Shown: positions 24,180 through 36,796, counted from the stretch's first letter. The stretch: DNA of 64,000 nt from Scenedesmus sp. PABB004 (GCA_014905635.1 JABVCE010000002.1:2418001-2482000); one strand, 5' to 3'. Program-made: numbers and translations. The notes: a model not told the origin generated them from the sequence alone.

Positions 24180-27100
24180 TCACGCGAGCGGCGGCAGCCC
24201 GCTCGGCGTGCGCCCCGCCTTGAGCTCCGCCGCGATGGCGGCGAAGCGCTCCGCGTGCTGCGGCAGCGGCGCGGAGTCGTCGTCATAGCCGCCCTCCTCG
24301 CAGCTCCAGCCGCAGCGCGCGCACGTGGCGTCCCAGTCCTCGCCGAGCCACCAGGGGCAGCCGCACGACAGACAGGGCATGCGCGGCCAGAACACGGCCG
24401 TTGCCCTGCCGCGGCGGCCGCCAACGCCGCCGCCGTGCACCGCGGCCGCGGGCAGCCTGCGCTTCGCGCCCGGCTTGGCCGCGGCGCCGGCGGGCGGGTC
24501 CCACAGCTCTGCGCCGCTGCTCGTGGCGTCGCCGGCGTCGCCGACGTCGCCGGCGTCGCCGCCCGCCTGCCTCGCCTGCGTCTGCTCGCTCGCTCCGCTC
24601 GAGCTTGGCGCGCCGCAGCCGACGGGCAGCAGCTCGAGCGCGCGCACGGCCGCCTCCACCTTGGCCAGCGCGGCGGCGGGGTCCAGGCCCGGCACCTTGA
24701 CCGTGCGCGCGAGCTGCTTGTTGTGGAACGCCTGCACCGCCGGCGGCGCCACGCGCAGCGCAGCCGCGAGCGCCGCGTTGCCGGGCGAGCCGGCCGCGTC
24801 GGCGGCCGCGACAAGGACGCGCCGCCCCGTCGCGGCGGCGAGCGCCGCGCCGCGCGCCGCGAGGAGCTCCGGGAGCTCGCCGAGGCCCGCGGCGTCGCCC
24901 CACGCCACGAGCAGCAGCCCGTCCGCGCCCGCGCGCGCCAGCAGCTGCTTCAGGTCCGCCGCGCCCCGCTGCAGCTGCTGCACGCCGCCGCCGGCGCCGC
25001 CCGGCGGCGCGTCCGGCGCTCCGCCCGCAGCCGCGACCGCGGCGCTGCCGGCCGCTGAGGCGCCCGCCGCCGCCCGCGCGGGCTGCGCGGGCGTGCCCAG
25101 CAGCGCGCCCTGCTGCTCCAGCGCGTCGCGCAGCGCCGCGGCCGCGCCGGCGCCTGAAAACTCCTGGGCCGGCTGCAGCAGCGGTGCGACGTGCAGCGTG
25201 GCGCAGGGCCACTTCTCGCCGCTGCGCGGCACCGGCTGGAACTTGCGGCCGCCCTTGCGCCACGCCTGGGGCGCCTCCATCACCTTTTCGAGCGCGAGCG
25301 CGCGGTTGGCGTCGCTGGCGGCCACGTCCACGCGCACGACGGGCAGCCCCGGGTGCGCCGCGGCGAGGCCATCGAGCGCGGCCGACGCGGCGGCGCTGGC
25401 GGCCGCCCACGGCGCGGCCCAGTCCACGACGACGGCCGGCCCCGCGCCGCCGCCCGCGTCGCCGCCCGCGAGCCTGGCGTGCACGTCGTCCAGCAGCCGC
25501 TGCAGCTCGCATGCGCCGCCTGTGATCTCTGCCACGCGCCCGGGCGCCCAGACCGCGCCGCCCGGCTGCTCCTCCGACTCGCCCTCGCCCGACGCCTCGT
25601 CGTCCCCGTCCTCGTCCGAGGGCTCGCCTGCGGCGGCCGCGCCAGCGCAGCGGGGTGCGCGGGCCTGGCCGCGACTGCGCCGCGCAGCCTGCAGCCAGCG
25701 CAGCGCAGCCGGGCCACGCCAGGCAGCGCTGAGCCACGCCAGCCCCGGCCCCACCTGCGTCCATGAGCTCCTCCACGCTCGGCCACGGCTCAAAGGGGTC
25801 GGGCAGCGCCGCCCAGCCGCCGGGCGCGGCCGCCTCGTCGGTGGTGAGCAGGCAGGCGTCGAGCGCGCCCCTCAGCGCCGCCTCGTCGAGGCCGACGCCA
25901 ATGAACACCAGCTCCTGCCGCCGGTCGCCCACACCGGGCGCAAAGTCGGAGCGAATGGCCGCCGCCGCGTCGGCGTCGTCCGGCCACGCGCCCGGCGGCA
26001 GCACGCAGAACCAGGGCCCGCCTGCACGCGGCGCGCGCGCGCGCGCGGGCGGCGCTCGAGCGCGCACGGGCGCAGGTGCGGGTGGCGCCCCAGCTGGGGG
26101 CCCGGGCACCTGTTGATGCCCCGCGCACCTGTTGAGAAGCTGAGCAGGCTGCCCGCCTGGCTCCACTCGCCGATGTGGTCGCCGCGGCTCGCCAGCCACG
26201 CAAAGCCCTTGGAGCGGAGCAGCAGGCCAAAGCGAGCCTCGCACGCCGCGCGCCGCTCCGCCGCGACCGCCTGCAGCTCCGCCGCGGGGCCCTCCCGCTG
26301 CGGCTCGCCGCCCGCGTCGGCGTCGGCGTCGCCGCTGCCGCTGCCGCCGTCGTCGCTGCCGCTGCCGCCGCTGCCGCCATCGTCGCTGTCGCTGTCGCCG
26401 TCGCTGCCGCCGCCGCCGCGCGCGCGCATGAGCTGCGCCCAGTCGGGCTCCTGCAGCACAAAGTGCGCCAGCATGAACGCGTGCAGCCGGCCGGGGTGGA
26501 ACGGCCAGCGCGCACGGTAAACAAAGTGAGACACGCCGAAGGCGTCCGCCGGCCGCGCCGCCGCCAGGCCGGCGGCCTCGCCGCCGCCGGCGGCCGCGCC
26601 GCAGCTGTCGCTGCTGCAGCAGGCGCCGCCCTCGCCGTGCGCGTGGCCGTGGCCGTGGTCGTGCGCGTGCGCGCCGTGCGCATGGCCGTGCGCGCGGCCG
26701 TCGGGCTCGCCGCCGCCGTCCTGCAGCAGCCGCACCCACGCCGCCGAGCCCTGCGCGCGCTCGGCGCTCCACAGCCCCGTGCGCAGCACGCGGCGCGGGT
26801 CGACCTCGCTGTGCGTGGTCGTGATGACCTCCGCGCCGGGGTTGAGCGCCGCCAGCACCGCGGCCAGCCGCGGCAGCTCGGCCGCGTCCACGGCGTCCGC
26901 CTTGTTAAGCAGAAGCACGTTGGCGCTCTCAATCTGCTCCAGCAGCAGCTCCGCGATGTGACGGTGCCCGCCCGAGAGCGCCGCGGTCGCGGCCGCGGCG
27001 CCGGCGCCGCCGGGCGGCGGCGGCGCGGCGTCGCCCGTGTCGGCCGCGAGCGCGCTCTGCGTGCGGCGCGGGCGGGGCGGCGCTCGGCGCGGTGCGGCGC

Positions 27101-27890
27101 CGCGGGGGGTGCTGCGGCCAGGACCCGCCGCCAGGCCCCCGCGCGCAGCGGCCCGCCGCCAGCACGCACGCGGAAGGTGTGTATGCTGCGCAGGTTGACG
27201 AGCAGCGCGTGCGCGTCCACGACGGTGACCGCGGTGTCCAGGTATGCGACGTCGCGCAGCGCGCGCGCGGCGCGCGCCGAGCCGCCGGCGCCGCCGCCGT
27301 CGAGCTCGGCGGCGCCGCCGCCGAGCGGGGCGTCCGCGTCAAAGATCTCTGCGACCTGCAGCGGCTCGCTCACGCCGGTGCACTCGAGCAGCACCAGGTC
27401 AAACGCGCCCGCCGCGGCGAGGCGGCCGACCGCCTGCACCAGATCGAGGCGCAGGCTGCAGCAGACGCAGCCGTTCTGGAGCTCCACCAGCTGCTCCCGC
27501 GACTGCGCCGCGGCGACGCGCGCGGTGGCGGCGGGCGCGGTGGGCGCGGTGGGCGCGGGCGGTGGGCGCCGCGGCGCCGCGGCGCCGTGGCGCGCGGTGC
27601 GCGGGTGCGCGCCTGCACCAGGCCGCCGCCCTTTATGAGCGCAGCGTCGATGTTGAGCGCCGCGACGTCGTTCACGACCACCGCGACGCGCAGGCGCCGC
27701 CCCGCGGTGCGCAGGAGGTGCCGCACGAGCGTGGTCTTGCCGGCGCCCAGGAAGCCGCTCTGCGCGCGGCGCGGGCGGGCGGCGCTCGGCGCTGCGGCGT
27801 GGCGCGGGCTGCCGCCGGCCGCCAGGTGCGCACCAGCAGCGTGACCGGCAACCGGCCGCCCGCGGCAGACGGCGATGCCGGCTCGGCCAT
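24180..27890 (-). CDS. CobW/COG0523 G3E GTPase (putative zinc chaperone) fused to two thioredoxin-like folds and a Cys-rich zinc ribbon
   Basis: Walker [34 protein letters not shown], a His-rich loop, and CobW_C ([27 protein letters not shown]). In-frame GT-AG intron 25754-25628 joins this to the downstream domains. Confidence 0.88.
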
Positions 27891-28242
27891 GCCGCCGCCG
27901 GGTGCGGCAGGCGCGCAGCGGCCGCGCGAGCGCGCGCCGGCCGGCAGCGGCGGCTGCTGGCAGCGGCGGCGGCGGCGGCGCGGCGGACGGGGGCGGCGGT
28001 GGCGAGGTCGCTCCGGGACGCTGGTGGTGCGCGGCCAGCTGGGGTCGGCTGCGGCGCGCGGCGGAGCCTTCATCAGCCGCGCGTCGGGGCGCCGTCGCGC
28101 TGGGTTCACCGCCGCCGCCGCGGCCGGCGCTCCGCCGCCCGCTGCCCGGACGCGTCTCCCCTGCACTCCAGCGACGCGCCAGGTCCCCACACGCCACCCT
28201 TGACCGACCCACGCGCTCGCGTCCGCCCGAGAGCGTCCCGCG

Positions 28243-29804
28243 ATGCTGCTGCGAGCGCGCCACGCCGCCCCGGCGGGCCGCGCGGCGTTCGGGGGCGCCT
28301 GCGCCGCCGCCGGGAGCAGCGCGCGCGTCGTGCGGCGCGTGCGGGCGAGGGCGGTGCCCACGGTGCGCGCCTCGCTGCGCGGCCCCCGCGCTGCAGCTGG
28401 GCCTCCCCGCCGCGGCGCAGCGCAGCCGGTGCAGCGCGGGCGATGTCTGTGCTCAGGGCGGGCTCGCGGCGGCAGCTGCAGCGGCGGCGGCAGCAGCGGC
28501 AGCAGCAGCGGCGCGTTCGGGCCACGCACCGCGCGCCGCGCCGCCGCGCCCGCCGCGCGGCCTCGCCGTGCTCGGCGAGACGGGTCAGCCCTCACAGCGC
28601 GCCGCCACGCTGCGCGCGCGCGCCGCGCCGACCGCTGCTCGCCCGGCGCCGGCGCCGCCGCTGCCGCGCGCAGGAGCAGGAGCAGCGGCAGCAGCAGCAG
28701 CAGCCCGGCGGCGCCGCCGGCCCGGGCGCGAGCATCGACGGCCTGCCGGCATCGTTCTGCAACGACTTTGAGTGCACCAGCAGCCCCGCGGTGGAGCAGA
28801 CGGTGCGGCAGCTCGCGAACGACCTCGGTCGCTTCAAGTTCAACACGGGCTGCTTCCAGCCGGACGTCGAATACAGCGATGGCTTCTGGTCCTTTAAGGG
28901 CGCCCAGAACTACAGGAAGCCCGGCTGGGCGCGCGAGGCGCTCGGCGCGCCAAAGGCGGTGCGCGCGCGGCGCCGGCGCGGCCGCCGGCGCGGCCGTGGC
29001 AGCGGCGGTGGCGTCGTGGCAGCAGGCGGCGGCGCAGCCAGCAGGCGCGGGCGCGCGCCGCCCTCACCGGCACCGCTCCGCGCCGCGCCGCGCCCGGGCG
29101 CAGGTCGTGACGCGGATGCGCATGCTGGACAATGGCCGCGCGCAGATCGACTGGACGCTCAGCGGCTCGCTCGGCGGCATGGGCGTGACCATCCCCTGCG
29201 CGAGCGTGTTCACGCTGAACCTCGTCACCGGCCGCGTCACGGCGCACACGTGCGGCGCGCCGCCGCGCCGCGCGCCGCGCCGCCGCGCCGCGCCGCGCCG
29301 CCCCGCCGCCGCACAGCCCACGCACTCCGCCCACCCCCGCGCACCCCGCGCACCCCGCGCGCTGCCCGCCCGCCGCAGCGACTCGTGGGACCTCAGCGCG
29401 CTCCCGCCGCCGGCCGCGGCGGCGGCGATGGGCAGCCGCGTGCTGTGGAGCGCGCGCGCGGCGGGGCAGCGCGCGAGCGACACCATCTCCAAGGGCGTAA
29501 CGGAGAGCCTGGCCAGCCTGACCTCCATGGACGACGAGGATCAGTACTACGCAAACCCCAACGACCCCACGCGCGTGCGTCGCCCCCGCCGGCCCCTCTG
29601 GCACACGCGCCGCCGCGCCGCGCGCCGCAACGCGCCGCCGCGCCGCGCGCCGCAACGCGCCGCCCCGCCGGCCCGCCGCGCTGCTGCTGGCCGCAGTTCT
29701 TCCAGAAGGACGACGGCGGCATGAGCGACGCGATCATGCTCTCCATGGCCGTGGCGGGGCTGTACCTGGTGTTCAAAGTCTTTGAGTCCCTCGAGACGCT
29801 CTGA
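28243..29804 (+). CDS. Plastid-targeted NTF2/SnoaL-like (DUF2358-type) protein with a C-terminal TM helix, multi-exon
   Basis: Transit-peptide-like N-terminus, [46 protein letters not shown], then DPTRFFQ and a TM segment. Confidence 0.75.
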
Positions 29805-30584
29805 GCAGCTGAGCAGTCCCCCGAAGCACGCTCTGACGCCGCGCGAGCGGCGGAGCGGCGAGCCGGGCCGAGGGGCGGGGGCCGCGGCGCGGCGCGCGGC
29901 CGCCCGGGGGCCCCGGGACGCCACGAGCCAGCCGCGCGGCCGGTGCCCCGTCTGGCGGCGGCGAGGCTCGGCCGGCGCGCGGCACGAGCGGGCGCCCCGT
30001 CGGCGCGTCTTTTTTTTGCTGTCCGGCTCAAACGTGTGAGCCGACATCCGTGCGCCAGGTGTTGTTGCAGGGTTAGATGAGCTGTCGTGTGTTTGCGCGC
30101 ACATTTTGACGCGGCGGCTGTCGCCGGCTGGCTGAGGCGAGAGGGAGGGCGAGGGTTGAGGGAGGGGTGTGGGCGAGAAGAAGAGAAGGAGCGGAGGCTA
30201 GTAACGGGCTGCGCGGGACCGGCGCCGGCGACGGCGCGGCGCCGGCGTGCGCAGCGGGCCGGCGGCCGCGCGCGCGCCCGGCGCCGGCGACGCGGCGGCA
30301 CGGCGCGGCGATGCCGACCGACACGCCACGACACGCGGCCGCGGCGGGGCGGCGGCCACCGGCCTCGAGGGTTTGCCCGAAAGGCCCAGGTCCAACGCCC
30401 AAGTGCCCCGCCGCGCGGCCGTTGATCGCCGTCCGGCGCCCGCAGGCCGTTCCGGTCCTCCCCGCCGCCCGCCCGCACCGCCAGACGCGCGCCAGCATTC
30501 CGCGCCGCGCCGCCCGACCTCGCCCCCGCCGATCCAGCGCGCACGCCGCGCTGATCGGACGCCCGGCCGCGGCCCAGAAACGGC

Positions 30585-33500
30585 ATGCGCCTGACGGCGT
30601 CGAGCGTGGGCCAGCGGGCGCGGCTGGTGGCGTCCAAGCCCGCGGTTCTTGCCGGCAGCAGCAGCTCCTGCCGCCTCCAGCGCGCCGCGCCGGTCGCCTC
30701 GCGGCCAGAGGGCCTCCCATCCCGCTCCCCCGCCGCCCGCGGTCGCCTGACGCCGCTGGCCAAGGCCGCTGCCGCGCAGAGCGCGCCCAGGTGGGTTGCT
30801 GCGCGCTGCGACACGCCCGCCCGGCGCGCCGTGCGCTGATCAGGCGCCGCGCCGCAGTGAGCAAGCGCCCAAGATGGCGGTCTCCGAGATCGGCCTGGTC
30901 GGGCTGGCAGTCATGGGCCAGGTGCGGCGCGGGGGGGCCGGCAATGCGCACCCGCCCTCGCCCCTCTCGCCAAACAGCCCCAACGCGGCGCGCTGCGCAG
31001 AACCTGTCGCTCAACATCGCGGAGAAGGGCTTCCCCATCTCCGTGTTCAACCGCTCCTACGAGAAGACCGAGGCCGCGGTCGCGCGCGCGCAGAAAGAAG
31101 GTGCCCGCGGCGGTTGGCGCGCGCCGCCGCATCGCCGGCCGCGCGCCCGCCGCGAGCGCGCCGCGAGCGCGCCGCCGCCGCCGGCGCCGCAGGCCTGGGC
31201 GACCGCCTGCACGGCTTCAAGGACATGGAGTCGTTCGTCAAGTCGCTGCAGACGCCGAGGTGCGCGCGCGGCGGCGGCGGGGGCTGCGGCGGCAGCGGCA
31301 GCGGCAGCAGCGGCCGAGAGCCGCGCCGCCGCTCGCGCGGCGCAGGCGCGTGATCATCCTGGTGCAGGCGGGCGCGCCCGTGGACTCGACGATCGAGGGG
31401 CTGTGCAAGTACATGGAGCCGGGTGACATCATCATCGACGGCGGCAACGAGTGGTGCGCCGCCGGCGGCGGCGGCGGCGGCAGCGCCATGCAGCAGCACC
31501 GTGCAGCAGCGGCGCGCAGCAGCGGCAGCAGCGGCAGCAGCGGCAGCAGCAGCAGCCCGCAGGCCCGGCGGCAGCGGTCAGCAGCGGCGAGCGTGAGCTG
31601 TCGCGCCCGCGCGCCGCCGAGCCCGAGCCCGCCGCGCGGCGCGGCGCGCAGGTACGAGAACACGGAGCGCCGCAAGGCCAAGGTGGAGGCGCTGGGCCTG
31701 CGCTACATGGGCATGGGCGTCAGCGGCGGCGAGGAGGGCGCGCGCAACGGTGCGCGCGCACGCGCCCGCGCCCGCGCGCCCGCACGCGCCGCGGCAGCGC
31801 GCTGCGGCTGCGCCGTCGCGCGACGCGGCGCCGCGGCCGGGCGCGCGGCGCAGGTCCGTCGATGATGCCCGGCGGCACGGCGGAGGCGTACAAGTACATC
31901 GAGCCTATTGTCACCAAGGTCGCCGCGCAGGTGACGACGCCACGGCGCCCGCGCTCGACCCTGACCCGCGCCCCCGCAGCGCCCCCGCGCCGCCGCGCCC
32001 GCGCCCCGCATCGCTCCCGCGCCCCGCTCACGCCCGCGCCCGCGCCGCGCTGTCGCCGGCCTCCCCCGCGCGCGCGCCCGCGCCGCAGGTCGACGACGGG
32101 CCGTGCGTGATGTACATCGGCGACGGCGGCGCGGGCAACTACGTGAAGATGGTCCACAACGGCATCGAGTACGGCGACATGCAGCTCATCAGCGGTGAGC
32201 CATGCTCTAGGGTTTAGGGCCTAGGGCTTTAGGGTTGGAGGGCTCACGCCGAGGGCCATGGGCCGAGCGCGCAACGGCGCGCGGGGCGCGGGGCTGGCGG
32301 CCGCGCGGGCGCCGAGCGCCGCCGCGCGTGCCGCGCGCACGCCGCGCAGAGGCGTACGACGTGCTGCACGTCCTCGGCGGCCTCTCCAACGACGAGATCG
32401 CGGCCGTGTTTGCCGAGTGGAACTCGAGCGAGCTGCAGGTCCGCCGCCGCAGGCAGCCTGGGCCAGCCTCCCTGGCCCTCCAACGCCCGCGCTGCCGCGT
32501 CCAGCGCGCCTCTCCCTCTTCTCCCTAAACCCCGCCTCTCAACCCCCAAACCTCAACCCCGCAGAGCTTCCTGATTGAGATCAGCGCGATCATCGCGGCC
32601 AAGAAGGACGACGAGGCCGGCGGCTGGCTGGTCGACAAGATCGTGGACAAGACCGGCGCCAAGGGCACGGGTGCGTGCACGCGGCACGGCCTGTCGGGCT
32701 CGCACGGCGCAGCCCCTGCCGCTGCAGCCGCGGGCGGCGCCGCACCGCGCCGCCGCGGCACCGCGCCGACGCCGCGCGTGCGCGCCCTGCGCAGGCAAGT
32801 GGACGGTGCAGCAGGCGGCGGAGCTCTCGGTCGCCGCGCCGACGATCACAGCGAGCCTCGACGGCCGCTACATGTCGGCGCTCAAGGACCAGCGCGTCGC
32901 GGCGGCCGCCTTCTTCGGCGAGCTCGGCCTCAAGGTGGGGCGCAGGCGGCGCGCCGCGGCAGGCGCCTGCGGCGTGTGTGCGTTTTGCTTGTTTTCTTCA
33001 GTGCAGCGGCCAACGCCCGACCGCCGCCCGCGCGCCGCCCGCCGCGCCCGCGCCCAGGCGCCTGCCGCGGTGCCGGGCGTGGACAAGGGCGCGCTCGTCG
33101 CGGACGTGCGCGCGGCGCTGTACTGCAGCAAGATCTGCAGCTACGCCCAGGGCATGAACATCATTGCCGCCAAGAGCGCGGAGAAGGGCTGGGGCGTCGA
33201 CCTCGGCGGCCTCGCGCGCATCTGGAAGGCGCGGCGCCGCGGCGCCGCGCGGCCGCGCGCGCGTTTTCTCGTCGCGGCGGCGGCGCCCCCGCGCTCACAC
33301 GCACGCCGCCGCCGCCGCGTGCGCCCGCGCCGACGGCGCCGCGCCGACCAACAGGGCGGCTGCATCATCCGCGCCGGCTTCCTGGACCGCATCAAGCAGG
33401 CCTACCAGCGCGACCCTGCCCTGCCCAGCCTGCTCGTGGACCCGCCCTTCGCCAAGGCGCGCCGCCGCGCCGCCGCGCCGCCGCGCCGCCGCGCCGCCGA

Positions 33501-33995
33501 GACCGCGCTCCCGGCGCCGCCGCCGCGCGCCGCGCCGTGACCCGCGCCGCGACCCGCGCCCCGATGCGCGGCCGGCCGCCCGCGCCCTGCGCGCAGGACC
33601 TGGCGGAGCGCGACGCCGCGTGGCGGCGCGTCGTCGCGCTCGCGGTCACGCACGGCGTGCCCGCGCCGGGCATGATGGCGAGCCTCTCCTACTTTGACAC
33701 CTACCGCCGCGAGCGCCTGCCCGCCAACATGGTCCAGGTGCGGCGCCAGCGCCGCCGCCGCCGCCGCCACGGCCGCGGCGGGCAGGGCGCAGCGCGGCCG
33801 CGCGCGCAGGGCGCCGCCGACGCCGCCGGCGCCGCCGCCCGGCCTCGGCGCCGGCCCGGCGCCGCGCAGGCGCAGCGCGACTTCTTCGGCTCGCACACGT
33901 ACGAGCGCGTGGACAAGGAGGGCTGGTTCCACACGGTCTGGGACGAGAACTTTGGCAGCGCCGACAGCATCACCACCAGCGCCTACAACCGCTGA
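30585..33995 (+). CDS. PGD: 6-phosphogluconate dehydrogenase (decarboxylating), 15 exons including a transit-peptide exon
   Basis: [87 protein letters not shown]. Confidence 0.97.
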
Positions 33996-34272
33996 GCCAG
34001 CGGCAGCGGCTGCTGAGCCAGCGGCGCCGCGCGACGCGGCGGCGGCCCCCGCCAGCGCCCTGCGAAGCGCGCTGCAGCCGGCGCGCCGCGCCGCGCCGGC
34101 CGCGGGGGCCGGCCGGATGGGCCGGGCCGGCCGCGGGCCGGCGCCCAGGAATGAAAGCGCGCCGCGCGTTGTCGTGGGGGCTGTGGGCGCGCCGGGCGGC
34201 GGCGGGCGCGCGCTCGGCGCGCCGGCATTGTTTGCGGCTAGCTCGCGCCGCCGGTCGTGCGGCGGGCGGGGG

Positions 34273-34277
34273 TGTAA
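34273..34277 (+). promoter_or_regulatory. Putative poly(A) signal TGTAA of 6PGD
   Basis: Chlorophyte UGUAA signal about 280 nt downstream of the stop codon, in an AT-richer patch. Confidence 0.6.
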
Positions 34278-34787
34278 CTTGGCAGCAGCGGCCCTCACGC
34301 ACGCCTCTCGCTCGGCGTAGGCGCTTGGCCGAGAGCGGCGGCAGCAGGCACCCGGCGGCGGCCGCCGGTGACACAGCGCCTCCGTGCTGCGCGCAGCTGG
34401 TGCGAGCGCGCGGCGTCGTCGGTGCAGGCTCTCCCGCAGCCGCTCAGCGCGGCCTGCTGAGCGGTGCCTTTCGGCGCTGGATTGACCATCGGCGGCCCTG
34501 CGCGCCCCGCGGTCTGCGCGCCGGCGCGGCCCGCCCCGGAGCTCCTGTGCACTGCGAGCGGGATTTTGCATGGGCGCCTTGGGGCCTGCGCGATGTGTCG
34601 GGGTGGGGTCCCCTGACCCGACCCGGGCCCCAAAGGGCGGGGCAGACAGCGGGGCTACAAGTGCGGCCGCCGCCCTCGCCCGCTCCACTCGCCCCGCACC
34701 GCCCTCCACTTGCTCCCCGCTGCCGCCGCTCCACGCGCCCGCCACTCTCGCCTCGGCAGCAGCAGCACGCGCCCCCCGTGAGCAGGC

Positions 34788-35888
34788 ATGGCCCCCAGCG
34801 CCCTCGCGCTTGCGCTGCTGGTCGCCGCGGTCGGCTCAGCCGCTGCCGCGGGCACCTTTGAGGTCATCCAGGCCACGAGTGAGCGCGCCGCGAGCGCGCT
34901 GGGGCGGGCGCCCCGCATCGCCGCGCCCGCCGCGCCGCCCTGGGCGGCCGGCAGCCCGCAGCGGGCTGCCCCTCCCGCAGTCTCCAGCCCGCAAGCTCGC
35001 AGCCGGCGCCGCACCGCGCCTGGCGACCCGCGCCGCGCTCACGCGCCTCCGCCGCCGCCGCCGCCCGCGCCTGCGCGCGTCCGCAGCCTACACGCAGCTC
35101 AAGCCCGTGGCGGGCCAGTGGGACATCACGGTCAAGGCCACCAAGACCGCCGACAAGGCCGCGTTTGAGCCGCAGCTGTGCACCGAGGACACCGTCAAGG
35201 CGGCGTGCAACCAGCCGCTGCTCAGCGCGGACGCCAAGGACAAGCTGCAGGTCACCGCCGCGCTCAAGGCGGCGCCGCTGCGCACGATCGACAACCTGCC
35301 GCCCACGCGCATCGTCGTCAAGGCCTGCTACACCAAGCCCTCCTCCACCGACCGCCCGTGGCGCAAGAGCAACGACGTGATCGACGTGAGCTGCGCACTT
35401 GCCCAGCCCCCCGCGCCCCGCACGCGCGGCCCAGCTCGCTCGCTCGCTCGCCCGCCCCCGCCAGCCCCCTCCCCGCGCCGCCGCCGCGCCGGCCCCTCAC
35501 GCCCTCCCCGCGCCGCCGCCGCGCCGGCCCCTCACGCCCGCCCCGCGCCGCCGCCGCGCCGGCCCAACCCGCGCAGAAGGACAAGAGCTGTCCCTTCATC
35601 ATCAAGAGCGCCGAGCTCAACGCCACGAGCTTCACCTTTGACTGGCCCATCCCCAAGAACATGACCAAGGCCGCGTGGTACGCGAGCGTGCTCGTGCAGT
35701 GCACCAACGGCACGCTCACGTCGTTCTGCCAGGCCGACAACACCAAGAACGCGACGTACTGGGGCACGACGATCATCAACTCCACGCCCCCGGGCATGGT
35801 CGTCGCGACCGCGGTCTGCTCCGCGATCGGCCCCCTCTTCCTGGGCGGCTACTTTGTCAAGGACTTCTTCGCGCGCCGCAAGCTCTGA
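34788..35888 (+). CDS. NAR2: High-affinity nitrate transporter accessory protein NAR2/NRT3, 3 exons
   Basis: Signal peptide, family motif VKACYTKPSSTDRPWRKSNDVIDKDKSCPF, and a C-terminal TM helix. Confidence 0.9.
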
Positions 35889-36551
35889 GCCTTGAGCGCC
35901 GCGCGCGCGCGGGAGGGGCGGCGGCGCCAGAGGCGGCGCCGGCCGGGGGGCGGGAAGGGCGGGCGGGGGCGCGAGAAAGGGCGGGCGAGGGGCGGGCGGG
36001 GCGGGGCGCGCGCGCGCGCGGACGGACGGCGGCCCTGCAGCCTGCAGGGCGCGGCCGCGCGCCACGCGCACGCCGCGCGGGAGCGCATGGTTCCGCCGCG
36101 CGGGCCGGGCCCGGGCGGCGCTGGCCCAGGCAGGGCTGGGGCCGGCGAGCGTGTCTGTTGAACTCAATCGCGTGCGCCCCGTCGCCGAGCGCGGCCGGCG
36201 CGGGCGCGGGGGCATCCTGTACTCGTCATTGCCGGGGCACAGCTGTGGTCTGAGGGGCAGCGTGGGTGGCGGGCGGGTGTGCTGTACACGACCAAAACAA
36301 CAAGGCTGCCGCCCAGCCGGGCGCGGCCCAGCTCGGGGATTGAGAGTGTGCGTGTGCTGCGCGCGCCCGGCCCGGGGCGCCAGCAATTGCTGCTGCTGGC
36401 CGGGCACGCCCTGGCAGGGCCGCACGCACGGGCGCGTGAGGCCGCCGAGCTGAGCCTGGCGGCGTGTGGCCAGGCGTTTGCGCTGCGCCGACCCCGCGGC
36501 CCAAACCGCATGTACAGGCGGCTCGCGCGGACTGGCGGCGGGCGCCGCTTG

Positions 36552-36600
36552 TGTAAGCCGATCGGCTTACAGGGTCGTGCGCTCGCGAGCGCACGACCCT
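36552..36600. terminator. Palindromic bidirectional poly(A) signal TGTAAGCCGATCGGCTTACA plus an adjoining 30-bp perfect palindrome
   Basis: Gives TGTAA on both strands between convergent NAR2 (+) and gene X (-). A second copy lies at 40702-40750. Confidence 0.65.
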
Positions 36601-36796
36601 TTTACCCAGCAATCCGCCGGTTGTCACGCCTGTACAGCCGCCGCCCGCGCCAACGCAATCAATGTGCCCCCCGCCTGCCGCACGAGAGCTCCGCCGCCAC
36701 CCGCTGAACAGTCCGCCAGCCGCCACCGCCCCCGTCGCTGCCAGCGACGCTCGCCGCCCGGCCAGCCTCGGGCCAGCCAGCCGCTGCGCACCCCTC

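Noticed and set aside
33993..34016. Stop-codon read-through giving a peroxisomal PTS1 on 6PGD
   Set aside because: The extension would be ASGSGC*, which is not a PTS1.
1..35888. NADPH/nitrate metabolic gene cluster (malic enzyme, 6PGD, NAR2)
   Set aside because: The genes are separated by many unrelated genes, and adjacency alone is not evidence of a cluster.
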